Origin: Owenia fusiformis
Taxonomy: Eukaryota
Assembly: GCA_903813345.2 (NCBI GenBank)
Contig: CAIIXF020000001.1
Span: forward strand, 46,004,001-46,067,865
Reading direction: 5' to 3'
DNA: 63,865 nt
In this document: positions 37,560 to 49,854 of the stretch, piece by piece
How the letters are laid out: each line of letters opens with the position of its first letter
Numbering within the stretch: the first letter of the stretch is position 1
Made by a program: the position numbers and the translations under genes
Notes under the pieces: generated by a model
What the model saw: the letters and a program-made list of their open reading frames with translations, nothing else
What the model was told of the DNA's origin: nothing
Database searches by the model: none

Positions 37560-38850
37560 ATTTAGAAGTTATTCATTTCCTCCTCACGTAGTTTTCTGTG
37601 AAATAACCCATTAGCAAATAATAAGAAAACAATGACGTCATTTTATATTTAAATATTGTCTTCAAGCAAGGAGGATTGGCTCCCAGGATCGAAACTCGAT
37701 ATTTTCCAACAATAAAAACGTCGAAATGTAGTTATTTTCTGAAATTAAAACCGACTATAAATTCAGCATAAACAGTTCAAAAGATTCGAACAAATATCTC
37801 GATCATTTCTTGTGAGTTTTGGAATTTTTCGTTTGGAAATAAGACCAAAATTCACGATTTAAATGTTGAAGTGAACAAAATGGCGGCTGTTTGAATTCGA
37901 ATTTTGTATTACGACATACCCATATATGGGACAGAATATCGGTGGTGCACTCTGGGAGCCAATCCTCCTTGGTCTTCAAGTAAAGTAAATCACGTGCACG
38001 TGAGAGACTTACGCCTGGGTACGAATTAGTGTAACTCCGGTCCGTATAACTATAAAAGAGATAATAATAGAAATGATGCAAACGGGAATAGATCTCGGAA
38101 TTCAAAATCAACAATAAAAAGGTCTTGATCATTATCTCATACATGGGTTGCATTAATATAATTTTAAACACGATACACTATTTTTATCTACATCCTATTT
38201 ACATTGTATTAAAAATAAATACCAATATTTATATCAATAACTGAACAATCAATGGACTTTGTTATTTTTAAATGTTGTCAGACTTGTTTAAATTGTACCA
38301 AGTTGAACTCAACATATTGACACGTCATTCATTCATTGTCAACAATTGCCGCTAATGTCAATTTATCAACCTTTGAAATTGTATCTGTCGTGCACTCGTA
38401 GTGATTACAAACAAACTTGGAAAGTTCAAAATCATTGTCAACCTTCTTTTATTGTCAACAAATATTCAATATTTTTTCTGCCTTGATATCCTTTTCAGCA
38501 AATTATTGTAATAAGCCTTTCCAAACCGTGTCATCTTTTTGCATTGAAAAATAGTTGCCAGATGCATGATTGATGTCGTATGTTGTACCTGAAGGTAGCA
38601 ATGTGCATGAAGAATTGCTACTTATAAGCCATGGCATAACGAATCTTGAGATAATTATATTTTGCAATTTGGTTTCTTCTAATTGTAGTAAGAGAGGGCA
38701 GAAACCAATCGATACACAGTATGAGATTTTTAAATGGAAAAATAACATGGGGAAAAATTGCAATTGAAAATGATTGCATTTTTGGTGAAAAGAAGATCAA
38801 CATCTTTGAAAAAACTTTGTTGATGGGTTGATGGGTTGATTGCTAGTTAA

Positions 38851-39548
38851 AGGGACATTCCTGGTCAGACCTTTTCTATCCTGATATGGTAGCCTTAATC
38901 ATATTTATGCTTTCCATATTTAGCAAAACATGGGAAAACTTTTTAATATAGTCAATATTGATCATTTAAAAAATATAGTGCTCATTTCCAGTAAGCTGAC
39001 ATCTTTTAAGATTTCACTCAGGAAGTGATGTCATCAACTCTCAACTTTCATGACCTTGCCTAAAACAGTCTAAGAAAGTAGCACAAAATCAGTTCTAGAC
39101 AAGTGGTCCTTACTTTATGTACAAAAATATTTTCAGAGCTTGTCAGCTTAGAATAAAAGAAGAGACTCTTAAAAGGTTTAAATAGGAGACAAATTTGAAA
39201 AATAATATTCAGCTGGTTTTGCATCATGATCAACCATGCCATCTCAAATCTTCTCAGCCCTGAGATGTTTCAGGTGAAACAGAAAGATGCTATGAGTATC
39301 AGAATGCTGGTTTTGTAATTCTTAGTAGCTCCTTGCCTAATATTATATACAAAGTTGAGAGTCGATGACATCACTTCCTGAGTGAAATCTTAAGAAGATG
39401 GCAGCCTACTGGAATTGAGCACTACATTTTTAAATGACCAATGTTGACCATATTAAAACATTTTCCGTGTTCTGCTAAACATGGTAAGTATATATATGGT
39501 TGTAGCTACCATATTAGGAGAGAGATTGTCTCGCACGGAATATTCCTT
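38851..39548. mobile_element. TTAA-flanked MITE with long inverted arms (Kolobok-like AGG...CCT termini)
   Basis: TTAA|AGGGACATTCC ... GGAATATTCCTT|TTAA. ~200-bp inverted arms, e.g. TTAAGATTTCACTCAGGAAGTGATGTCATC versus GATGACATCACTTCCTGAGTGAAATCTTAA. Confidence 0.7.
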
Positions 39549-40617
39549 TTAATATCTCCAATTCCGGTTGACTTAATCAATATTGAGATAATGAATGAAT
39601 CTAAAAGAGAAAGAAGATATGGATCTTAGAGCTCTGCGATCGGAGGATGAAATAAGTTTACAGAGAATTGAGAATATTCCGTTGATCTGTTGGGTTTGGG
39701 GACAGCCTGCCTTCCTAGAAGAGAGAAATCTCTTTGACATGTCTGTTATAGTAATGCATGTGGGACAGGCGAATCCAGTTCTAGGGTGAATAATGCGGTG
39801 AAAGATCATATCAGCTAGACAAGATATTGTACTACAGGGAATATTCATGATTATCCGCTTGAAAAGGGCTATGCTATGAATGGATTTAAGAAAACTTTTT
39901 TGACGAGACGATGTGTAATTGGAAAGTGTAGAATTTAACAGAAAATTCGAATGCCAATCAAGAGTACGTCTTCTAGCTGTGATAAGGTGGGATAAGGTTA
40001 CGTTTCTGTGCTTCCTATGCATGTTTCATAGATGGCTAAATAAAATAAATAGAAAGTTATGAATCATGATGTATATTTTTTTTATCTTTTTAATCTCTTT
40101 TAACCCCTTCTTGTACATTTCCCATAGACAAAAATGAGCATGAGTGTTTATAAAAGCATGGTCGAGAAATGTATTTTTCAGATCATTATATATAATGTGC
40201 AATTTAAAAAATTGCGTGCTGCTGATACATGTTGATGATTGATCATGGAGTGTGACTTCCTTAATTCTATTTAAAGTACAGAGTGACATAAAAATTGCCA
40301 CCCACATAATGTTGCATAACTCCTTTGTATGCATGATCCCCCATGTTTTCTTCATTAAAACTAAATTCCATGGAGCAACTCCACACGTTTCAGATGACTA
40401 GCTCAACTAGATGTACTTTTATGACCGTTAGTAAGAAATCGTGCAGACAAAAGCGTTATGCAACATTATGTGGGTGGCATTTTTTGTGTCACCTTGTAGG
40501 ACCAATTCAATTTCAAAACAAATCAAAAAGTGGACCAGTTCATGCTCAGTAACATAGCTGTTTAAGGGGTTTGTTTACTTTGAAGAAGTCTCTTATATTA
40601 AGGGTCGCATTCATTTA

Positions 40618-43600
40618 CTATTTTACTTGGTAATTTGTTGGCAATTCAACATCCGCATCGCACTGCGCGTCCCATACAACAACGGAGCCAATTTCTGGAA
40701 CATCAAGCTCCTGACAACACAGAGCTTGTGGAGCTACAAAGGTATGGAAAGTTCCACCACACGTACCAGGCTCATAATAAGCTACCAAACGTAAACCAGG
40801 GGGTGAGAGTGTCCTCGACCATTCATCACACATAACCTGCCCCAGAGGTCTGTACAATATCTCGGATGTATTATTGATTAGGATTGACGAATTCAACCCC
40901 TGTGTGCCGTAGATTTTACGTAGAGCACCATCACACTGTATTCTGCATTGATCCATCACTTCTTCACATCCATAGCATCTTCCTTTGGTGTTGTTGTACC
41001 ATACTGAGTCTAGCTGATACAGGACGTCCGTAGGCTCACTTTCACCTGCCGTTATATTGGCCTCGAGTCGAATGGTACAGTTACACCTAAACGAGTAATG
41101 ATTGAGGTTCAGAATAATTCGCCAAAGATTGTAACATAATATATAAAAACTGACGATTGCATACTATGTACTTACCTTTCTTCTTAATGGGGCTGAATTT
41201 GCTGAAATATGCGGTTATCAAATATCAGAATAGAATAAAATTTTAGAATCCCCAGTCCAATTAAATTATTAACTTGAACTTGAACTTACTTTTCATTGAA
41301 TGGTCCCCCGGGTGGCGTAGTGGGTTCTGGTGTGGTTGGGGGTGGTGTTGGAAGATCCACTAAAATAGGGAATATGAATACAATATCTGTATCAGTCGAC
41401 AGCTTTAGTCATATTGGTAGATGTAATTGATGTCAACAAAGTCTAAAAAGCAAAGTCAGTGTAGTAGTTTACTGTCTTACTGAGTCTAGCTAAAGGCCCT
41501 CCTGATCTTCCAAGTATTAAACATCGATCTAATGGAGAGGTTAAGCAAATACGGTTTTTCAAAACGTATACGTAAACGCAAAGTACATTGAATCAACATA
41601 GGATTGTATCGCTTTAGTCTACTTCAGATACCCGTTCAACTTCAAAGTTGCTTGTTTAGAACGGGAGATTTAGAAATTTCACGTTGCTATCAACGGGAAT
41701 CATTATACTCATGTCTGTTGAATACTATCCTTGCAATTTTGATTTCGATGCAGAGTATAATTCTTTCTGAAGAAGATGATGTATGTTACGCATGATTTAA
41801 CTCCAATAATCTTACGAAACGAGCTCGTTTAAAATATGTATTAGAAAACCAGCTATTGAACTTCATCAATGGGATACTATGTAATCATTACAAGCTATGG
41901 TGTAGTCTAAACAAACACTAGAGCTGAACGGCTATTTATGTGTGAACTCTACATGTATTTGTATAGGGCCGATTGATACGTTTAAGTTGCGTTTTGGATT
42001 TTATACGGTAGCTTAACCTCTCCAATAGCTTGAATTCGTGAATGCAACTTTCGGCTGTTAACTACCGAATCGACCTACTATTTATCACCAACTCATTTAA
42101 ATATGAATTGAATAGTGGCAGGTACTATTCATGTTTAAGTTGCCCATAAAATAGTAGGCTAATCCGATGACCGGCAGCCGAAAGTTGCATTCGCGAATAC
42201 AAGTTAATAGGGAGGTTAAGTTCCACGTTTTAAAAAACGTGTACGTGAACGTGTAGAATTGTAACCCTGAGTTATGAATTGGGTATCCTGGTTGTAGTAT
42301 TTAATTGGTTGACAGTAATCCCGGGGGTCGAAATATTACACCTTTACGTACAGGGTGTAACTTAATCTCCCTAATATCTGATGTCGCGAATTTATTGTCA
42401 AATCTGTGGATTCATTAGAGAGAAAATTTCATCATTCGAATATGAATGGGGAATGTTTTAAAGGATCTTACCGATTTTGTTTGACTTCAACCCACATCCA
42501 ACTGGGTGACCGTACGATTCAATACCCTGATGTCCATAAGAGAATGCCATGAACTCTACATTTGGCGCCCAGTGATCAATTCTGTATGTCCGGTACAATA
42601 GTCCACTTATTAGAAGAGTCGTGTAGTTGGTTCCCGGAATTGGACTCCATAATCTTCTCGGTATGATTTGCTCATTGATGGTCAATCCTCCTGCGACTTG
42701 TAAGGATGCTATAACTGCCAAATAGTTGGCATAATCTCGTTCGACGCGATTCCTGAATGTCGTGAATATGACTGGACCAGTGAACTGTTTTACAGGTGGC
42801 ACAATCATCATGAACGGATCCGTCCCACCGCGAAGATTGTCGGCAGAAATACCTAGGAATTAAAAACAATATAATTCTTGCATGTATTTTTGGAATTTAC
42901 TGATAAAGGATTTGATTTACCATTCAAATGGTTTACCAGGTTGGTGCGTAACTGACATTAAATAATTCCACTATACCTTTGTTGTACTGGACAATAAGAC
43001 AAGGCTTTGAGCAGATAAAGTAGTTGAAGTCATTCGACCTTCTTTCAAACTCAAAGAATTGCCCTCTGTTCAGACCCCTTCTTGTTCCATAATTAAAGGC
43101 AGTGATTGATGTATCATTTTCTGATGCAAGCACTCTGTAAACGTCTCCTGCTCGACGTGGCTGAATCGGCGCTGTGGCGAAGTACTCGCCCCAGGTGTAT
43201 ATTGGAGGTATCTGTTCTACAATATGATCGCAGTATTGAACACCAGTGGGCACAAACACGCACGAAGCACCACCGTAAACCGCCACTGGCTTGTCAGATG
43301 TTACAAGATAGCCGGTTGTGTCGCCTCCTCGTATGGCCAGCTGATACGTTTCGAATTCCATCATCATAAGATTCAGTGCATTTGCAAAATCATGCCCACC
43401 ATCTGGCAAAGGAGGGACAATTTGGACGTTTGTGTTTTCTTCCTGTGCTGCGATACCAATGAGAGAGTAGGTGACGCTTAACGCATTATATGATGGAATA
43501 AGGAATTCTTGTGTTAGCGTGGCGTTAAAATCAGAGACCGGAAGTGCCAAGAATGATTCACCAGCAATTCCAGCATTATTGCAATAAACGCTGACTTCGT

Positions 43601-44467
43601 AATTGGATGTTATCAAAATACCCTTTCGTTCGGCTCTGTTATAAAACATTCGTACGGCTCCAGGAAATCGGATTCTTTCTACTTCTCCGGCCTCGATGAC
43701 ATATATTTCATCGAAACTTCCTTGGGGTGACTGGACACGTACAGTGGTGCGCCTTGACGCGGTTATAACAACTTCATTGTGACCGGTCTCAGAGTTGCGA
43801 AATTGGGCCATGAAGGCCACAATAAATCGCGTACCTTTGTGGTCTTCGGCTGCAATAGAAATCATTACAGGAGTGTGAGTGTCCGATCGTAAAATGAAAC
43901 CTTTTCGTAATCACCTCAATTCCTTACTCAAAATTGAAACCAATTTGGAGCTTCAGATAATCATGGAATATCAAATATTGCAAGAATTAGCTATGGGACC
44001 GTGGTTTTTAGAAAGTATATATAAAACAGAAAAAACAAATGTCTTTGTTTTTGCGGGTGTTGAATTCCTGGATTTTTCAGCTCAGTTCAAATAGTTCGAT
44101 TAAAGCAAATTACAAATTTCTCCTGCCAAATGCATCTTAGACCAATATACAGCATATGACATACATGTATGTAACATAGTTACAGAGGTCAAAAACAGGA
44201 AAAATTTGACCCCCGTTACAGCAATACTCACACCCTTGCAATTTTGCTCGTTCTGTATTAACATAGGGTGGGTGTTATATTTATAAAATGGGCGATGGAT
44301 AGTCATAAGTATGGTAAAATTATTAAAAAGTTGCTATATTTATCTTTAGGTAAATAGTTTACATTGAAAGCTTTGAGAACTTATCAGGTGTAAATAATAT
44401 TGCATAAAATATAATTACCTGCATAAGCAAGCCCCACAAACAATAGCAGCGCTAACGAGGTCCACAT
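40618..44467 (-). CDS. Secreted IgGFc-binding (FCGBP N-terminal) domain protein with Pro/Thr linker and C-terminal 10-Cys domain, 613 aa; complement(join(40618..41086,41290..41359,42472..42852,42977..43849,44419..44467))
   Basis: Signal exon MWTSLALLLFVGLAYA. Family motifs KGTRFIVAFM, KGILITS, FLALP, DTTGYLVTSDKPVAVYGG..C, CDHIVEQIPP..WG, RVLASENDT, SKPCLIVQY, DPFMMIVPP..QF and YG....ESYGHPVG. GT-AG introns with phases 1, 1, 1, 2 give an open frame. Confidence 0.9.
42012..42220. repeat. Palindromic MITE (TAGCTTG[AT]ATTCG...CGAATACAAG family), intronic
   Basis: Arms GCTTGAATTCGTGAATGCAACTTTCGGCTG and CAGCCGAAAGTTGCATTCGCGAATACAAGT. Related fragments at ~15255-15385, ~50185-50290 and ~54385-54425. 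Confidence 0.65.
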
Positions 44468-46057
44468 TTTGCTCAATGTGACATACAGTTATTTCTTTTC
44501 TGGTAGTAAGAATGACTTTGTTGCATAAAGTTACTTAGAGCGATAAACGCTAAAGTACATCTTTTGACACGACGTTGTGCATCGCTATGTCTAAAAGATA
44601 AGATTTGAGGGTACTCTTAATTCTTACAAGTATATCTCTACATGTTGTCGAATGCATCGTACTCGTGTCGATTTATTAGTATATAAATTGGTAATTTTGG
44701 TACTCACAGCATTTACTGACATGTATATTTTTACTGCGGTCACCGTGAAATCAACTAGACGCAGCCAAACCGTAGAAAGGTCCCACGGCGGTCGTACGCC
44801 GGGTGTACGGTTGAATTGCGGATATCGTGTGTTACAATTGCGATTGCCATGCGTCTACCTTGATTTTTGTCAAGAAAAAACTACGTACACGTAGGGATGC
44901 CCTACGCTATCCGTGCGACATCCTTTATCAGCCGTATGTCAGCCGTAGTTTTTATGTCTCTTCAAAATCGAAACAAGCCAAACGGCCGAGGTAGCAATTA
45001 TAACGATACTCTACTTGGCGACCGTGGGAATGTTTCTGGCCGGAAATCATAGATCGTACGGTCAACGTAGCAAATATAACTAAGGCTAATTCCGAGTTAT
45101 ATCTTCTACGGCGACTCTACGTCCTGTAAAAAACTGGATATGTCGATCGGAGACCGCAATGCGACCGTAGCTGTCTTATGGTTGCTGCAGGACTTTCCTA
45201 ATTTCAGAGAACTACGGTCGACGTGAGGTCGCCGGGTTGGTTTTGCCTGGTTGTAGACTGGAAGTATTTAAACTTTCAGGAACAAAGGATTGGTATCGAT
45301 ACACACGTTTCTCTTAAACCAGTCATCAACATTTTTTTCACATGGTCTTCTTTTGAATGGTAACAATATAATTTGAAAAACATAAATATACTTTTCACTA
45401 TATTGTTTTAGAAAACACACCAGACACTTCTTTTGTTCTTGGTATCATATGTTCGGAATGAAATGAAACATCTTTCCGAACCTCATTGGAACAAAATGAC
45501 ATAAACACAACCTGTTAAGGTCTCTCAATATTGTAATTGTACAAAGGAAAGTTTGGTTGATTTCAAAAAAGTATCTAGTGTTAATGAAATAAAAGGTATA
45601 TCTTAATTTTTATCTATTTTTGTTTTTTTGTTTTAATTCTTTGAATACTATTTGTTAAATCAACCAAAATTTCAGTTGTATAGCTATAATGTTGAGAAGT
45701 CTGAGAAAATGTTTTATGCTATTTTGTTCCAAAAGGTTCGGAAATATTTTTTATTTCATTCTCAAGAATTGGTAGAAAGGAACAAAAAACAATTGCACCA
45801 AAAAACAAAAATGTTAACAAAAACAGTTATGTAAAATATATATAAAATATCAAATTGTTGTCAATCAGTCAACATTTCATAAAGTAAAAGGACAGTGTTT
45901 TTTTACAAAATGTTTTCAATAATTGGTTTAAGAGAAAACATTCTTGATGTGTGCAGTGCAAGGTTTCGTTGATGTCTTTTGTCTAGTTTAGAAGATATTG
46001 CATTCTATGGTCTCCTTTTTTCGGTCACCCTGTATTTATCTTTTTACTTCCACATAG

Positions 46058-46405
46058 ACCAAAGTGTCAAGACACTTCCATTTATGCATACGACAGCCAA
46101 ACAGTTGAATTTGTCTGCACGCGAATGCAGGAGGTTCTGAAGTAACATCTTTCAAGTGGTGCGATGGCAACACGCAAATTTTAGACACATTTGAAAATAA
46201 GTACTTTATATACTGGAGGTTCCCCAGTGGTTTGTTGGGTAAATCCGTGTCGGTAACTCATTTACGATTTCATCGCACCGTGAGTTTCACAGATCACGAC
46301 GAGTACTTTAGGTGTGGCGTATCAGTAAATGAGGAGCCGACAGGTGATCGCGATATCCATACATTCGAGAGTGAATCCTGCTACACACGAGTGCACAAAG
46401 TTTGA
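46058..46405 (+). pseudogene. Orphan immunoglobulin-like (C2/CD80-type) domain exon with a 1-nt frameshift
   Basis: After the acceptor tttttacttccacatag it reads PKCQDTSIYAYDSQTVEFVC, then a frameshift at ~46120, then ANAGGSEVTSFKWCDGNTQ...VTHLRFHRTVSFTDHDEYFRCGVSV...*. It shows the B-strand Cys, C-strand Trp and D-x-x-x-F-x-C F-strand pattern of Ig domains. Confidence 0.6.
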
Positions 46406-46665
46406 ATGTACTTGTTGCTTGATTTCGTAGAAAAATAAATAATATTTTTCAATACAAAAACACAATTATACTTACAAGCATATGGTACATCCTAAGTTCT
46501 TTTCAAAACTTACATTGGACATCTTCAACCAATCAACTATATTTATCAATTTGCTATCGACTTAAGTATTTTTATATTTTGATATAAATGAGATCATGTT
46601 AAAATCATGCTCTACAATATATATTCTTCTTATCAGTTAGTTAACTTGTTGTCACCAGTAAATAA

Positions 46666-46825
46666 TGCCTCGGTCAAACGTAACTAAGGCGGCCGCAGCT
46701 TCCCAAAATCGAGAGAAATATTATGCAACAAAATAGGAATAAGCAGTACGATTCCGATTTTCTATATCGATGATGCAAAGCTGCCGTCGCCGTAAGTCCG
46801 CCATAGAGGGACTTTGACTGAGGCT
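46666..46825. mobile_element. Short Harbinger-like MITE
   Basis: GCCTCGGTCAAA ... TTTGACTGAGGC inverted ends with an internal GGCGGCCGCAGCT / AGCTGCCGTCGCC inverted match. Confidence 0.4.
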
Positions 46826-47579
46826 TGAGGCTAGCAAAGTTGTGATGTCACTTTATTTTTCTAATGCTAATAATCTTATTATACCAAACGGTATCATCAT
46901 CTACTCTATTACAAAGGCAAGTATTATTACGTCCTGATGCTAATGGAGAGTTTTTAAGCTAGCAATCTTTTTTACAACGCAACCGTGAACGAATAAATAT
47001 AGCAATTTATAGCGCGCATTCAAAACAAGCGCTAATTACACCCCATGCAGACAGATCAGAAAGCTGAGAAATATTAGTCACATATCGAATTTTTCAAAAC
47101 AGAAAAAAACATGACTGTATAAATAATAAGGCCTGCAGGTCCGATTCCCCCTGGTTGCATTACCATTGGTCTCGTATAAGTCATACAATTAATATTTGAA
47201 ACACAACTTTCGAACTTATGATCGGACATTAGTATGATATTACTTTATTACCTTGAAGTGCACATCATACTAACATTTAAATACTATATAGCTTTGCTTA
47301 TAAGGTGCTGCTTTCCAAAATTTGCATGAGATGCAGAGTGTTAATCTTCGCGTATTTTCAATGTTTTGGGGGAAAATAAAGACTTTTATTTGAATTCTAT
47401 AGAATGCCCAATGTATTGATAAGAACCCTATATTTCATTTGACAACAACAACAGCTCAAACGGGCCACATCAAAGCTTACAATAATTAATCAAAAAATAT
47501 TTTTGATCTGTCAAACGTTATATATCAAGTTTTTATCAATGTCATTAAAAGATGGCGAAGTTGTTTGTATTACATGATA

Positions 47580-48453
47580 CACTCCCCTCCATAAGTTTGG
47601 CAACCTTTCCCCCCATTGAACTACGTGTTAAAGCCTCTTTACGTTTGCATTTTTATTTACTTAACCGGCGATGAAATAACTTATGATATTGATGGAAACG
47701 TAACTTGACTTTATTTCCAATACCTCCAAATTTTCTCCATTTTTTTTTCCTCCATTACAATAGGTCGAAATTTGATGATAAATTTGATGAATTTTTGAAA
47801 ATCGTCATTCCCATGTAATCCAATGGGAAATAGAGGGTTCGGGCCAAATCAGAAATCAGGATATCTTTTCAGTAAAAGATTCAGCAAAAAAAAATTTATA
47901 TAGAAAATTGAATTGTCTAACATTTTTGAACACTAAGTGTTTAGTTTATTTGATGAATATTAAAGTTACAGCGCTTCAAAGTCATTTTTAAAAATAATTT
48001 TTCGCCTCCTGTGTTATTTCAATAGGAGAGGTTTTTTGAAAAACAATTTTGACTTTAAAGCCCTATAACTTTGTTGAACCTGAAGAAACATATCAATTTT
48101 TTGTAAATAAAGTTAGCAAATTCAATTGCCTGCCTAACTCGTATTTTTGCAAGGACTCGGATGGATGGATATTCTGTCATATGACTTGCGGCAAACCAAC
48201 CATTTCCCATTGGTTAACATGGGAATGTCGATTTTCAAAAATTCATCAAATTTATCATCAATTTTCGACTTATTGTAATTGAGGAAAAAAATTGAGAAAA
48301 TTTTGAGGTATTGGAAATAAAGTCAAATTACGTTCCCATCAATAGTGTAAGTATTTTCATCGCAGGTTAAGTAAATAAAAATTCAAAGGTAAAGAGGCTT
48401 TAACACGTACTTCAATGGGGGAAAAAAGTTTGCCAAACTTATGGAGGGGAGTG
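47580..48453. mobile_element. Tc1/mariner-type MITE, CACTCCCCTCCAT family (copy 2, complete)
   Basis: TA|CACTCCCCTCCATAAGTTTGGCAA ... TTGCCAAACTTATGGAGGGGAGTG|TA with ~250-bp inverted arms. A third, end-only fragment lies at 30948-30975. Confidence 0.9.
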
Positions 48454-48958
48454 TACATTCATTTTCATAGAAGTGTCACCATCTTTTAAACCAAAAGTAA
48501 TTAAAAACATGCACTTTGTTTAGCAGGTGCATGCATGTCTAATGATCTCTGGACTTCAAATGCTTTTTTCTATGTGAGTTATTTTTTCTTGGTTTAATAT
48601 TAAAGCAAATCAAACTTTGTTACATATTTGAGCGAGTGTGTGAGTAATATGTTTCAATAATATTTTTTTCTTTTTTCTTCTAAATCAAGTATAGTGGACC
48701 TTTTAAGAAACAACACCTGAAAGGAATGGTCATTACACAATGCATTGAGTCTTGGGTTTGGATTATTTTCGCACATTGGAAAATATTTTCTACAAAATCA
48801 TCGAAAAGATAGAAAATCTTTAAATGAAATTTTTTCAATGAAACTCTTTGCAAGGGTCAAGCTGGCAAAGTATCAAAATCAATCTGGAAGCTCCAGTCAT
48901 CACTATGACAACTGTTTAACTAGTGACCTTGAGTTTGTTATTGGTTAGATTACGGAAT

Positions 48959-49854
48959 GAACCGAAGTTCAATACTGGGGCATACTTTGTAACGTCACGA
49001 GTGATGAACAATTGCGCTTTTCTGTAAAATTCTCAATGAAAAGACGTCAAAAAGCTACATGGGACATTTTTGTACCCTTTTCTTTCGCATCGTTTGACAA
49101 GTTATCATGTTTGAAAATGTTTGAAATTTTCCACGATCAAAATATATTAAAAACCTATATCTAAAATGTTTTTATTTTGATATATTTCTTAATTTTAATG
49201 CGTGCACGTGATGGCTGGATTTCAAGTTTACGCATTTTTAAGCTAAAAATACTAAATGGGACATTTTTCGTACCCTACATATCATTTGATATTTAAGAAA
49301 TTTGAAGGAAATTTAATATTTATTCTTCAGATTTATTAATTTTAGCTAAAACCTTGTTTCTTATTTTAATTTCAGCCTTTAAAAGTAATTAATTCCAAAA
49401 TAAATGGCATTTTGCTTATCTAGGGGTCGTCAAAATACCCAGCGTGACGGCCTTTGGATTTTGTTTGAAGTTGAAAAATCAGCGTCACATTCCATTGTTA
49501 CCTTAAAACTAATGACGTCATAATAAAGATCATTGTCTCAGGAAGTGATTCATACCTGTCTCATCAAAATTGATGAAAAAATAATGATTCTACATCACTT
49601 TGAAAAATAGCGCGCTCCAAAAATGTTACGCGTGACGGCATATTTCTAACGTTTTGATACACGAAGGATGCTCTAAAATGCTCTAAAATGAAAAATTCCA
49701 TGTAAAATATACAAATGAGGTTTTAGAGGGTACCTATACGAAGATTTTGATATATAACATGAGTATGTTCGCTTTCCGAACTTTCCCGATATTTACATAG
49801 TAAGAACATGGAACGTCAAAATTTGAAATATGCCCCAGTATTGAACTTCGGTTC
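48959..49854. mobile_element. Non-autonomous TIR element, 26-bp perfect TIR, apparent 3-bp TSD AAT
   Basis: AAT|GAACCGAAGTTCAATACTGGGGCATA ... TATGCCCCAGTATTGAACTTCGGTTC|AAT. Confidence 0.8.

Noticed and set aside
39573..40022. 149-aa minus-strand ORF with C-x2-C and CP, possibly a LINE C-terminal remnant
   Set aside because: No recognisable reverse transcriptase or endonuclease motifs; too degenerate to call.
41176..41192. 17-nt candidate micro-exon (cag|CCCCATTAAGAAGAAAG|gtaagt, minus strand) in the FCGBP-like gene
   Set aside because: Including it shifts the frame and gives an early stop in the last exon. The flanking exons already join in frame without it. It could only be a poison exon, and there is no evidence for that.
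44690..45260. CpG-rich stretch with ORFs 44652-44894 and 44867-45052 upstream of the FCGBP-like gene
   Set aside because: Looks like a decayed Harbinger-type repeat (many CCGTAG/CTACGG motifs). The ORFs have no protein features and the termini are unresolved.
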